This document shows, piece by piece, positions 40,930 to 50,542 of a stretch of 64,000 bases of DNA. The notes beneath the pieces are model-generated. The model ran no database searches. It was not told where the DNA came from and saw only the letters and a list, made by a program, of their open reading frames with translations. The position numbers and the translations under genes are program-made. Source of the stretch: Candidatus Latescibacterota bacterium. GTDB lineage: Bacteria; Latescibacterota; UBA2968; UBA8231. Within the stretch, counting starts at the first letter, position 1; the number at the start of each line of letters is the position of its first letter. Location: contig OZ242214.1 of NCBI GenBank assembly GCA_965206595.1, positions 3,392,001 through 3,456,000 on the forward strand, given 5' to 3'.

Positions 40930-42096
40930 GTGTCCTGTCGTATAATTAACTGTACAAACAATTGAAGGTGCCGTAGGTTTCTCTTATCCCCTTTCTGAAA
41001 GGAGAGACCTATGGTGACGGGGCGTCCATTACCGCCGTTAGAGCTGAGTCCGTCGGACCGGGAACGATTGGAATCGATGGCCAAATCCCGGAGCCTTTCC
41101 CACGGGTTGGTGCGGCGAGCCGAGATTAGTCTGCTGGCCGCAGAAGGCTGGCCCAATGAAGCCGTCGCCGCCGCCGTGGGTGTGACGCGTGCTACGGTCG
41201 GCAAGTGGCGCCGGCGCTTTCTCGAAAACGGGCTCCCGGGCTTGCATGATGAGCTGCGCTCAGGGGCGCCACGATCGAGTACGGATGAACAGGTAGCCGA
41301 GGTGGTATACAAGACCCTGAAGACCAAGCCCAAAGACGAAACACAGTGGTCGGTGCGCTCCATGGGCGAAGAAACCGGCTTGACCAAGGACGCGGTTCAT
41401 CGCATTTGGCGCACGTATGGTTTGCAGCCCCATCGACACAAGCACTTCACGCTTTCCACCGATCCTTTCTTTGTCGACAAAGTACGGGATATCGTCGGCT
41501 TGTACCTGAATCCCCCCGAGCACGCCCTGGTGCTGTGCGTCGACGAGAAGAGCCGGATCCAGGCGTTGGAACGAAGTCAGCCCATGCTGCCCCTGGGACT
41601 GGGATACGTGGAAGGGATTACGCACGACTACAAGCGCCATGGCACCACCACCCTGTTCGCCGCACTGGACGTAGCCACCGGGGAAGTGATGACCCAGTGC
41701 AAGCCCCGTCATCGTCACCAGGAGTTCCTTCAGTTCCTGCGCCACATCGAGGCCCACGTCCCCGCTGACCTCGATATTCATCTCGTCGTCGACAACTACG
41801 CCACGCATAAGCAGGCCAAGGTCAAGCGATGGCTGGCACGGCGTCCCCGATTTCACGTTCACTACACCCCCACCTATGCTTCGTGGCTCAATCAGGTGAA
41901 GATCTGGTTCAATATCCTTACCCGCCAGGCGGTTCGGCGCGATTCGTTCCGCAAGGTGTCGGAGCTCATCGAGCGCATCGAACGCTACACGGCCAAATGG
42001 AACGCCAACGCACACCCTTTCGTGTGGACGGCTACGGCCGATTCCATCCTCGCGAAAATCAAGAGACTTTGCGAACGAATCTCTGCGACACAACAC
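40930..42096 (+). mobile_element. IS630-family element copy A, 1167 bp
   Basis: Ends GTGTCCTGTCG / CGACACAACAC, TA on both sides; near-identical to 61741..62907. Confidence 0.92.
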
Positions 42097-42216
42097 TATC
42101 ATGTAAGGGCCAGGCATCGAGTTGCTTTTCGGAAAGAACGCACTCCGACATCCCAGATAGAAGGTGGTGTCGGACAAATCGTAATCATCATCGTCATCAT
42201 ACCCATAATCTATTGA
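41011..42216 (+). CDS. IS630 transposase, reading 39 codons past the element end
   Basis: [21 protein letters not shown]. The DDE catalytic Glu appears as Lys here, versus NQVEIWF in copy B. Confidence 0.9.
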   Translation: MVTGRPLPPLELSPSDRERLESMAKSRSLSHGLVRRAEISLLAAEGWPNEAVAAAVGVTRATVGKWRRRFLENGLPGLHDELRSGAPRSSTDEQVAEVVYKTLKTKPKDETQWSVRSMGEETGLTKDAVHRIWRTYGLQPHRHKHFTLSTDPFFVDKVRDIVGLYLNPPEHALVLCVDEKSRIQALERSQPMLPLGLGYVEGITHDYKRHGTTTLFAALDVATGEVMTQCKPRHRHQEFLQFLRHIEAHVPADLDIHLVVDNYATHKQAKVKRWLARRPRFHVHYTPTYASWLNQVKIWFNILTRQAVRRDSFRKVSELIERIERYTAKWNANAHPFVWTATADSILAKIKRLCERISATQHYHVRARHRVAFRKERTPTSQIEGGVGQIVIIIVIIPIIY

Positions 42217-42950
42217 AATTCGCCCAAAACTGAACTCGGGTCCGAGAGTTACTTTCTCACTCGGAAACCACGAAACCGACAGCGATGGAACAATGGAGGG
42301 GAAATAGATAATTGGTGGAACTGGCACTCCGATCATCGTGACACTTCCGCCGTCAGAAGAAAGGCGGGAGAGCCCGAACAGGGTTCCGATCTCAACCTCT
42401 TGAGTCGGTGCTTTCCTGTCACTGTCAGTGTCCAAGCGCTGTTCCCTGGTGCCCAATCCAAAGATAAGGGAGAAATCATGAACCTCTCCCTCAAACTGCC
42501 GTCGATACTGTCCTTCCACCCGCAGCGAAAAAGCAGGCCCCTGCCGCCACTGATTGCCTAGACCGAATCCGGCGATAAACTCAGTATGGGATCTTTCACC
42601 ATGTTTTGTGACTCCTATAGCCCCCAGTCCCAGAATGTAGAGACCGGACATTGAGCTGCCTTGCGGGAAAAATGCTCCCCGACCGGCAAGGTGGCTATAA
42701 GAAGCAACTTCACTATTTGAACTTCGTCCAATAGCGACTTCCGGGCCAAGTGCCAGCTGTTCAATGGGAGACCACGAAAGGTAAAGCGAAGAAATAGAAA
42801 TATTGAGGCCACGGTAACCTGGACTCGGTACCCCGAGCACATTGGCGCTCCAGCCAATATCATGGGAAAGGTGGGAGAACCCGAACAGCGTTCCAACCTC
42901 AATTTTCGGAGAAAGACCAACCGGGACCTGACTATAGCCCCGATGGGCTA

Positions 42951-44119
42951 GTGTCACGTCCCATGAATTAGCTTAAAAAGTCTGGTGATCTTTGCGAGAA
43001 TCGATTCGGCCGTCGCCGTCCACACAAACGGGTGTGAGTGGGCGTTATAGCGGTCGGTGAATTCCTGAATGCTGGCGACCAGGTCCTTCACCTTCTTGAA
43101 GGTCCCACGGCGGATGGCTTTCTGTGTGAGGATGCCGAACCAGATCTCCACCTGGTTGAGCCAAGAGGCGTAGGTCGGTGTATAGTGAACATGGTATCGC
43201 GGTCGCGCTGCGATCCACCGTTTGACCTTTTCGTGCGTGTGCGTGGCGTAGTTATCTACGACGAGATGAATGTCGAGGTCTTTCGGGACGTTTTGGTCTA
43301 TGTATTTGAGGAACTGCAGGAATTCCTGGTGCCGATGCCGGGGTTTGCATTGGGTCAGGACCTTGCCCGATGCGATTTCGAGCGCCGCGAACAAGGTCGT
43401 CGTGCCGTGCCGGATATAGCTGTGCGTAACGCCTTCCACATAGCCCAGGCCCAAAGGCAGAATCGGCTGCGTCCGTTCCAGGGCCTGGATCTGGCTCTTC
43501 TCGTCGACGCATAACACCATGGCCTTGTCCGGAGGGTTCAGGTAGAGGCCTACGATGTCTCTGACTTTGTCCACAAAAAAAAGGGTCGTTGGACAGCTTG
43601 AAGTGCTTCTGTCGATGCGGCTGCAGACCCAACGCTTTCCATACTCGTTGAACGGTGGACTTGGAGAGGTTGGCCTCGGCGGCGAGGGAACGGCACGTCC
43701 AGTGCGTGGCCCCCTTCGGTGGATGCTCGAGCGTCTTATGAATCAAAGCGGCGACCTTCTCATCGCTTATCGAGCGCGGACCCCCGGGGCGCAGCTCATC
43801 GTAGAGCCCCATCAGGCCTTGTTCGCAGAAACGACGGCGCCACTTGCCAACCGAAACGCCCGACAGCCCAAGATGCTGACCGATCTGTTGATTGGTGAGC
43901 CCCTCATCGCTCATCAAGACGATCTTGGCTCGCCGCACATGCGCATGAGGCAGGCTACGGGAACGGGCCATGGATTCGAGTTGGGCACGAACTTCGTCAC
44001 TGAGGGTGAGCGGCTTCAGGGGACGTCCCAGTGCCATTAGGTTCCTCCTTGCGGTATCCCTATAGGGGAAACCTAATGAGAAGATCACATTTTTACAAGA
44101 TATTCCTGGGACGGGACAC
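42951..44119 (-). mobile_element. IS630-family element, a different isoform, 1169 bp
   Basis: IRs GTGTCACGTCCC / GGGACGGGACAC; TA at 42949-42950 and 44120-44121. Confidence 0.9.
42954..44037 (-). CDS. IS630 transposase with frameshift in a T8 run (43575-43582)
   Basis: MALGRP...SNDPFF joins [11 protein letters not shown]...NQVEIWF if one T is removed. Confidence 0.85.
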
Positions 44120-45061
44120 TACGAGTATGCACTGGAACCCCAATTGGTAGCGGGCTGGACGGATAGGCGTGATTGCCGCCATTACATGCAAAGTTTCGAG
44201 TTTGGCCAAGGAAGGGTTGTCTCCCGGTACCCAAAGCGATGGAAAAGACTCGTGTGGGACGCCATTGAAACTACCGATGATTTAGCTCAAACCCGACTCG
44301 TGGAACTCCTCGCCCGGCTATCAGAACGAATGGTTCGGCGGAGCAATGTTCAGTGGGATGATTCCACAAGTTGGCGAGAGAACGCGGAGGGCGAGCACGA
44401 CGAGCGGCCTTTCCACGCTATCCTTGCCCGAACCAACCCGAACAGCCACGCTCAGGTGCTGACGGAGAGCGACCTGGATGACAGCGCTACAGAACATTGG
44501 GTCGTGAGTCGTGGGCTCACCGTGCCGAGGAAAGCTGCAGACATGGCGGAGGCTGTAGGGCCTATGCTCCGATGCAGCTCGGATGTGATCTTCGTCGACC
44601 CCCATTTTGGACCCCAAGAACCGCGTTATCGGCGTTATCTGCCCCCCTTTGAGGCCTTCCTTGAAGCAATGATTCGCCAGCGCCCGGGCCGGATGCCCAA
44701 GCGCATTGAGGTACATACTGCGGCTGAAAAAAAGGGGACCGAGGAGTTTTTTCGGGGAGAGTGCGAGAGGAGACTTCCCCGATGTGTCCCCGAGAAAATG
44801 CGAGTCCGGGTGCGCAGGTTGCGCCAGAAACAAGGAGGCGAGCAGCTCCACAACCGCTATATCCTATCTGATTTGGGCGGCGTCTCCTCTGGATACGGAC
44901 TCGATGAAGGCAACGAGGGTGAAACGGACGACATTACGCTGATGGATCGGGACCAGTACGAGCTTCGCTGGTCTCAATATTCCGGGGATCCACCTGCGGC
45001 CTTCGAGCAGGAAGAAACTCCTGTAGAGGTGGTAGGAACAAAAAGGTTGTCCATGCCGTAG
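44120..45061 (+). CDS. hypothetical protein with C-terminal MIT_C/PLD-like motif; 5' end abuts IS630
   Basis: Frame is open from the IS edge (YEYALEPQLVAGW); FVDPHF and LHNRYILSDLGGVSSGYGLD. Confidence 0.6.
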   Translation, partial: YEYALEPQLVAGWTDRRDCRHYMQSFEFGQGRVVSRYPKRWKRLVWDAIETTDDLAQTRLVELLARLSERMVRRSNVQWDDSTSWRENAEGEHDERPFHAILARTNPNSHAQVLTESDLDDSATEHWVVSRGLTVPRKAADMAEAVGPMLRCSSDVIFVDPHFGPQEPRYRRYLPPFEAFLEAMIRQRPGRMPKRIEVHTAAEKKGTEEFFRGECERRLPRCVPEKMRVRVRRLRQKQGGEQLHNRYILSDLGGVSSGYGLDEGNEGETDDITLMDRDQYELRWSQYSGDPPAAFEQEETPVEVVGTKRLSMP

Positions 45062-45264
45062 CCGCCCCCTGCGGTACGGCGGCGAACCACCCTCCGGTCG
45101 ATCCACCCCCGATCATGAAGATCACCGACATCCGCGTCGTCAGCCGCGGCTTCCCCCAGGACTTCCCCCTCGTCGAGGTCGAGCACCGCGAACAAACCGG
45201 GCATCTTTCCGCCGGGGTCACGCGTCGTACCTTGAGCGCCTCGCCTCTGTGAGAAAGGACCGCC

Positions 45265-46368
45265 ATGAAGCGCACCGCACTCGTTCTCCTCCTCCTGCTC
45301 GTCCGCGGAGCCGCCGCCCTGGAGTGGGTCCAGCTGCATCCTGAGGGGGAAGCCCCGGTGGCCCGCTCCAACTCCGCGGCGGTCTACGACCCGGCCGGCC
45401 ACCGCGTCGTCCTCTTCGGGGGGCTTCGAGCCGGCGGCGACCTCAACGACGTCTGGGAGCTCGACCTCGCCCCCCTGGCCTGGAAAAAAATCACCCCCGA
45501 CTCCGGCCCGGCCCCCGACACCCGCTGGTCACACAACGCCGTGTACGACCCGGCCGGCCACCAGATGCTCGTCTGGTCGGGCCGCCATCTCGGCGACTTC
45601 TTCAACGACGTCTGGGCCTTCGACCTCGACGAGCACACCTGGCGCCAGTTCACCCCCGAAACCCGGCCTGCCTCCCGCTATGGAACCGCAGCCGTCTTCG
45701 ACCCCCGCGATGGCCGCCTCGTCAGCTTCGCCGGCTTCACCGACCTCGGCCGCTTCGACGACACCTGGGCCTTCGACCCGGCCACATCGGCCTGGACCGA
45801 CATCAGCACAGACCCCAGGCCCCTGGCCCGCTGCCTGCACACCGCGGCCTACGATCCTGTCGGCTACCGCATGCTCATCTTCGGGGGCCAGGGGGGCGGC
45901 AACGCCCTGAACGACCTGTGGTCCCTCGACCTCGACACCGGCGCCTGGAGCGACATCACCCCTGAGAGCGGCCCCGGAGAGCGCACCTTCGCCGCGAGCG
46001 TGTACGATCCCTCGAGCCACCGGTTCGTCATTTTCGGGGGCGCCGGGAAAGGGGGCCTCGGAGCCAGAAGCGGCGATACCTGGGCTTTCGATCTCGCCAG
46101 CGGCGGCTGGATCTTGCTGCAACCGGAAGGCGCCGCGCCGGAACCGCGCAGCGGGGCCGCGGCGGTATACATCGAGGGTGAGAACCGCGCCCTGTTCATC
46201 GGGGGCGCCGCGGAGGTCGGCCTCTTCAACGAGGTCTGGGCCCTGGAAAGGCTGGACCCGACCGCGGTCGTGGGCCGGAGCTGGGGTCAGTTGAAACGGG
46301 GGATTCTCACCGGAGATCCCACAACGGCGGAGCCCGCCACCGGGCAGGAGCGAGTGAAGGGCCGATAG
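45265..46368 (+). CDS. secreted Kelch-repeat protein with C-terminal TAV..SWGQLK motif
   Basis: Signal peptide; six 'AVYDP...LFGG...NDVW' blades. Confidence 0.85.
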   Translation: MKRTALVLLLLLVRGAAALEWVQLHPEGEAPVARSNSAAVYDPAGHRVVLFGGLRAGGDLNDVWELDLAPLAWKKITPDSGPAPDTRWSHNAVYDPAGHQMLVWSGRHLGDFFNDVWAFDLDEHTWRQFTPETRPASRYGTAAVFDPRDGRLVSFAGFTDLGRFDDTWAFDPATSAWTDISTDPRPLARCLHTAAYDPVGYRMLIFGGQGGGNALNDLWSLDLDTGAWSDITPESGPGERTFAASVYDPSSHRFVIFGGAGKGGLGARSGDTWAFDLASGGWILLQPEGAAPEPRSGAAAVYIEGENRALFIGGAAEVGLFNEVWALERLDPTAVVGRSWGQLKRGILTGDPTTAEPATGQERVKGR

Positions 46369-46486
46369 CTCTTGCGGTGTCGGTGTCCTACGGGATTGAG
46401 GCCTCCGGCACCCGAGGAAGCCATCCGGGCTGCTGCGATACGGTACCATCCTCGCCCCTTTGTAGCTTCTGGGCTACATTCTCCTG

Positions 46487-46825
46487 ATGACCGAGGCGGT
46501 TCCAAACGATCTCGAGGTCTACCAGACAGAGGAAGGCCGCTCCCCTTTTTCGGAGTGGATTCACCGACTCGAAGACTGCGCCGCCAGAGCCCGAATTCGC
46601 GCTCGACTGGCGCGGTTACGGCTGGGAAACTTTGGTGACACCAACTCTCTCGGAGACGGTCTCCAAGAGCTGCGCATCCCCTACGGCCCGGGCTACCGTG
46701 TCTATTTCGGCCGGGCGGGTACCCGCCTTGTTTTATTACTTTGCGGCGGCACCAAGAGGACACAGTCACGGGACATTGAACAAGCGAGGTCATACTGGCG
46801 CGACTACAGGAGAAGGTCGTCATGA
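46487..46825 (+). CDS. RelE/ParE-like addiction module toxin
   Basis: PFSEW...RLRLGNFGD...ELRIPYGPGYRVYF...LLCGGTKRTQSRDI. Confidence 0.9.
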   Translation: MTEAVPNDLEVYQTEEGRSPFSEWIHRLEDCAARARIRARLARLRLGNFGDTNSLGDGLQELRIPYGPGYRVYFGRAGTRLVLLLCGGTKRTQSRDIEQARSYWRDYRRRSS

Positions 46826-47127
46826 ACAAAACATCTCGGTCCTACAAAGAAGAACTGCTGGAGGATCTCCGGGACCCCGGCGAAGCCGCCGAGTATCTGA
46901 CCGCTGCTCTCGAGGATGACTCCCCCGCCGTGTTTCTCCTCGCACTGCGCGACGTAGCCGAAGCCCACGGAATGAAGCGGTTGGCAGAGGGAGCCCGGCT
47001 CAACCGGGAGTCGATGTATCGCATGCTGTCCGATCAGGGCAATCCCCAGCTCTTCAGTTTGACCGCCGTCCTTCAGGAACTGGGTTTGCGCCTTGCAGTT
47101 GAAGTCAGCGATCCTGTTGCTGCCTGA
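46822..47127 (+). CDS. HTH addiction module antidote
   Basis: AAEYL, ALRDVAEAHGM, LNRESMYRMLS..GNP; ATGA overlap with the toxin gene. Confidence 0.9.
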   Translation: MNKTSRSYKEELLEDLRDPGEAAEYLTAALEDDSPAVFLLALRDVAEAHGMKRLAEGARLNRESMYRMLSDQGNPQLFSLTAVLQELGLRLAVEVSDPVAA

Positions 47128-47174
47128 AGGACTAAACACCGAACCGACCGGCCATTCCTGGAATCCCTGACCCG

Positions 47175-48206
47175 ATGGACGCATCCGCGGAAAAACTCTA
47201 CTTCACCGACGTGGGCAACCACTGCCTGCGCGCCGTCGATCTCGCCACCGGGATCATCTCCACGGTCGCCGGGGGCCGCCCGCCCGAGATGGGGGCCAGC
47301 CCCGCCGGGGACGGCGGACCGGCTGCGGAGGCGGCCTTCTCCACCCACCCGATGCGCGTCGCTCTCGACGCCGTCGGCCATCTCTACGTCACCGACGCCC
47401 ACCAGAACCGGGTGCGCCGCATCGACGCGGCGAGCGGCGTCATCACCACGGTCGCCGGCAACGGCGAGGAGGGCTTCGCCGGGGACGGAGGGCCCGCCAC
47501 CGAAGCGAGCCTCGCGGTGCCGCACGGATGCCGCTTCGACCGCAGCGGCAATTTCTACATCGCCGACACGCACAATCACCGCATCCGCCGGGTCGACGCC
47601 GCGACCGGCGTCATCACCACCTGCGCCGGCACCGGGGAGAAGGGGTACTCGCGGGAGGGCCTGCCGGCGCTGGAGTCGAAGCTGTACGCCCCCCTCGCAG
47701 TCGACGCCGCGGCCAACGGCGACCTCTACATCGCCGACACCGACAACCTGCGCTTCCGTCGCCTCGAGGCAGCCACCGGCATCCTGCGCACGATCGCCGG
47801 CTGCGGCGAGAGGGGACCGACCGCCGACGGCATCCCCGCCCTCGAGGCGAAGTTCGGACGCCCCCGGGACATCCGCGTGTGCGGCGACCAGGTCTATCTC
47901 GTCGACGGCAACAACTCGAGCGTCTTCCACCTCGACCTCGGCAGCGGGCTGCTGCACCGCGTCGCCGGGACCGGAAGCAGCGGCTACTCCGGCGACGGCG
48001 GCCCGGCCGCCGAGACGCAGCTCGACCAATGCTACAGCATGGCGATCGATCCGGCGGGGAACCTCTACGTCAAGGACAGCGGCAACGGGAGAATCCGCCG
48101 CATCGACGCGGAGAGCGGCCTGATCTCCACGGTGGCCGGCAGCGGCGAGCGCGGCTACTCCGGGGACGGCGGCCCGGCCCTCGAGGCGGCCCTGCGCATA
48201 GGCTGA
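47175..48206 (+). CDS. NHL-repeat protein (possibly 5'-truncated)
   Basis: Repeats of 'TVAG.G..G..GDGGPA..A....P...D..GNLYIAD..NHRIRRID'. Confidence 0.88.
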   Translation: MDASAEKLYFTDVGNHCLRAVDLATGIISTVAGGRPPEMGASPAGDGGPAAEAAFSTHPMRVALDAVGHLYVTDAHQNRVRRIDAASGVITTVAGNGEEGFAGDGGPATEASLAVPHGCRFDRSGNFYIADTHNHRIRRVDAATGVITTCAGTGEKGYSREGLPALESKLYAPLAVDAAANGDLYIADTDNLRFRRLEAATGILRTIAGCGERGPTADGIPALEAKFGRPRDIRVCGDQVYLVDGNNSSVFHLDLGSGLLHRVAGTGSSGYSGDGGPAAETQLDQCYSMAIDPAGNLYVKDSGNGRIRRIDAESGLISTVAGSGERGYSGDGGPALEAALRIG

Positions 48207-48216
48207 GGGGGGATCC

Positions 48217-49005
48217 GTGGAGCTGAGCGACTCGCAGGCAGCGGCGTTCGACACCCTGGGGTACCTCTTCTTTCCCGGACTGCTGTCCGCTGCGGAAGTG
48301 GTGCCCCTGCAGGCGGCGATCCCCGAAATACTGGCGCGCCAGGGGCCCGAGATCGTGCGCGAGAAGGACGACCCCACTGCCGCCCGCCTCGCCTTCGGCG
48401 CCCACATCTACTCCGAGCCGTTCCGGCGCCTCGCCCTGCTGCCGCGGCTGCTGAACCCGGTTCGCCGGCTGCTGCAGGACGAGGTGTACCTGCACCAGAG
48501 CCGCATGAATCCCAAGCAGGGGTTCGGCTCCGGGGCCTCCTGGACCTGGCACCAGGATTACCCGCCCTGGCACAGCATCGACGGCATGCCGGAGCCGCGC
48601 TGCATCATGGCCTCGGTCTTCGTCGACGACTGCACCGTGGCCAAGTCCCCGCTGCTGATCCTTCCCGGATCGCACCGCCGCGGCCGGCTCGACTCGAACC
48701 CGCACGAGGACTCCGTCGGCAAGGAGTACGAGCTCCACCACATCGGCCGCGAGGAGTTCGAGCGCCTCGCCGACGAGCACGGCATCGAGCCGCTGGTCGG
48801 CCCGGCCGGCTCCGTCTGCTTCGTCCACTGCAACGTCATCCACGGCTCCGCGGACAACGTCTCGCCCTGGCGGCGGGCGATCGTGTACCTGATCTACAAC
48901 GCCGTCAGCAACGCCTGCACCGGCAGCGGACGCGACTGGTACCACAACAACCGGGACTTCACGCCGCTGCGGGCGGTCTCCGACGACGCCCTGCTCACCC
49001 TGTAA
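48217..49005 (+). CDS. PhyH-family dioxygenase (ectoine-hydroxylase-like)
   Basis: HQSRMNPK, WTWHQDY, PGSH, IHGSADN. Confidence 0.85.
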   Translation: MELSDSQAAAFDTLGYLFFPGLLSAAEVVPLQAAIPEILARQGPEIVREKDDPTAARLAFGAHIYSEPFRRLALLPRLLNPVRRLLQDEVYLHQSRMNPKQGFGSGASWTWHQDYPPWHSIDGMPEPRCIMASVFVDDCTVAKSPLLILPGSHRRGRLDSNPHEDSVGKEYELHHIGREEFERLADEHGIEPLVGPAGSVCFVHCNVIHGSADNVSPWRRAIVYLIYNAVSNACTGSGRDWYHNNRDFTPLRAVSDDALLTL

Positions 49006-49096
49006 CGATCTGTCCAGAAAGATGGACTGAAATCCGGCCGACTGGGGACGCAGCGGCCCCGGTCGAACGCGGTTTCAGCGCGACAGGAAGCCGCCC

Positions 49097-50191
49097 TCAG
49101 CCCTCTCTCAGGTGCCTGCAATCCAGCCGCGCCACCTGCAGCGGACGCTTCCCCGACTTCGTCTTCAGCCTTCGGTCCGCCCCCAGGACGATGAGCACCT
49201 CGGCCGCTTCGAGCCTGCCCCCGTACACGGCCCTGTGGAGGGGCGTGCGCCCCTTCCGGTCCTGCGCGTCGAGATCGGCGTCGTTCTCCACCAGCAGCCA
49301 GACCGCCTCGACGTTCCCCCTCTCGGCCGCCAGGTGCAGCGGGGTTCGACCGGCGGCGGTTTCGGCATCGACCTCGGCGCCATGCCGCAGCAGCCATTGC
49401 ATACATCGGTTTGAACCGGCGCGGGCGGCCCAGTGCAGGGGCGTCATCTCCGCCTCTCCTCTCCGCATGACTACCGCCGCATCCTCCCGGGCCAGCTCGC
49501 GCGCCCGCTCGAGGTCGTTCATGCCGCACGCCGAGAAGATGTCGTAGTGCGCCCCGTGCTCGAGGAGAGCGCGGGGCGTATCGGCGACGTCGGAGCTCCA
49601 GCGCTCGGTGCCGAAACGCGCCGCGGCCTCCTGCAGCGGGGTGTTGCCGCGCTCCCCGTTGCCCGAGAACGGCGCTTCCGGGTCGGCCCCGTACGCCAGT
49701 GCGAACTCCGTGTACTCGACCGGCCTGCCGACCGCCCAGAACAGCAGAGAGGTGTTCGCCGGCCACCCCACGTGCGACGTGCTGATTACCGAGGCGTTGC
49801 TTACGCCGGCCTCGAATACCGTGCGCAGGGTTTTGAAGTTCCCGTGGTAGAAGGCCTTGGTCACCGGCTCGTGCTGGTGCTTCCTGTAGAGTCCGGTCTC
49901 GCAGTCGTAGAACTCGCGGATGCCGCGATCGAGAAGGAAGCGGACCGCGTCGCCGGTTCCGAAGTAGGAGACCGCCATCGACAGGGCGACGGAACCGACC
50001 GATTCGAGCAGGGCCGGCCGCTTCTGCAGCAGGGCTCCCATTCGCGGGACGTCGCAGCTGGCGTGGGACAGGTCGGTGGCGCCGTGCGCCGCCGCGGTCA
50101 GGAACTGCTTCTCGAGGGCGCTGAACTTCCTCCCCTCCCTCATCTCGAAGGCCCTGGCCATCTTCTGCATCAGGTAGTCGGTATCGTTCAC
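49097..50191 (-). CDS. ankyrin-repeat protein
   Basis: TPLHWAA, GRTPLHLAA, GRTPLHRAV. Confidence 0.88.
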   Translation of the reverse strand: MNDTDYLMQKMARAFEMREGRKFSALEKQFLTAAAHGATDLSHASCDVPRMGALLQKRPALLESVGSVALSMAVSYFGTGDAVRFLLDRGIREFYDCETGLYRKHQHEPVTKAFYHGNFKTLRTVFEAGVSNASVISTSHVGWPANTSLLFWAVGRPVEYTEFALAYGADPEAPFSGNGERGNTPLQEAAARFGTERWSSDVADTPRALLEHGAHYDIFSACGMNDLERARELAREDAAVVMRRGEAEMTPLHWAARAGSNRCMQWLLRHGAEVDAETAAGRTPLHLAAERGNVEAVWLLVENDADLDAQDRKGRTPLHRAVYGGRLEAAEVLIVLGADRRLKTKSGKRPLQVARLDCRHLREG

Positions 50192-50302
50192 GGCATCTCC
50201 TTGTCAATGCTGAGGCACCATCCGGTCCTTCTCACTCACTGACCAAAGGGGACCGCTGTTGCGGAAATGCGCCGCAAGGGTCGGCATCGAGACGACTGGA
50301 TA

Positions 50303-50345
50303 TGTCCATCATGGACAGAGAATAAGGAGTGTGTATTTTACACAC
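50303..50345. promoter_or_regulatory. two 7-bp palindromes, probable hicAB operator
   Basis: TGTCCAT-C-ATGGACA (50303-50317) and GTGTGTA-TTT-TACACAC (50329-50345), just before the hicA ATG. Confidence 0.6.
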
Positions 50346-50347
50346 CA

Positions 50348-50542
50348 ATGAAAAGCACGGACATCATCCGGAAATTGAAGCGGGACGGCTGGGTGCTGAG
50401 GAACACGCGGGGTAGCCACCATAATTTCACCCACCCCGAGAAGCCCGGACGGGTTACGGTAAAGCATCCGTGCAAGGACATTCCGATCGGGACGCTGCGC
50501 AACATTTACCGGCAGGCTCAATGGAAATGGGAGGATCGCTGA
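50348..50542 (+). CDS. hicA: HicA toxin
   Basis: LKRDGW...RGSHH.F.HP..PGRVTV.HP.KDIPIGTL. Confidence 0.92.
   Translation: MKSTDIIRKLKRDGWVLRNTRGSHHNFTHPEKPGRVTVKHPCKDIPIGTLRNIYRQAQWKWEDR

Larger units (their letters stand above)
40673..42950 (-). pseudogene. two-repeat outer-membrane beta-barrel protein, split by IS630 and 5'-truncated by a second IS630
   Basis: Two homologous halves (EVGTLFG...LGPE...AFFP...GFGLG.QW...LR.EG.YRR...LIFGLGTR). Excision restores PYMI-GLGAW in frame. Confidence 0.75.

Noticed and set aside
41260-42957. 565-aa ORF, and 62071..63357, as single proteins
   Set aside because: Chimeras of a host-gene segment reading into the antisense strand of IS630.
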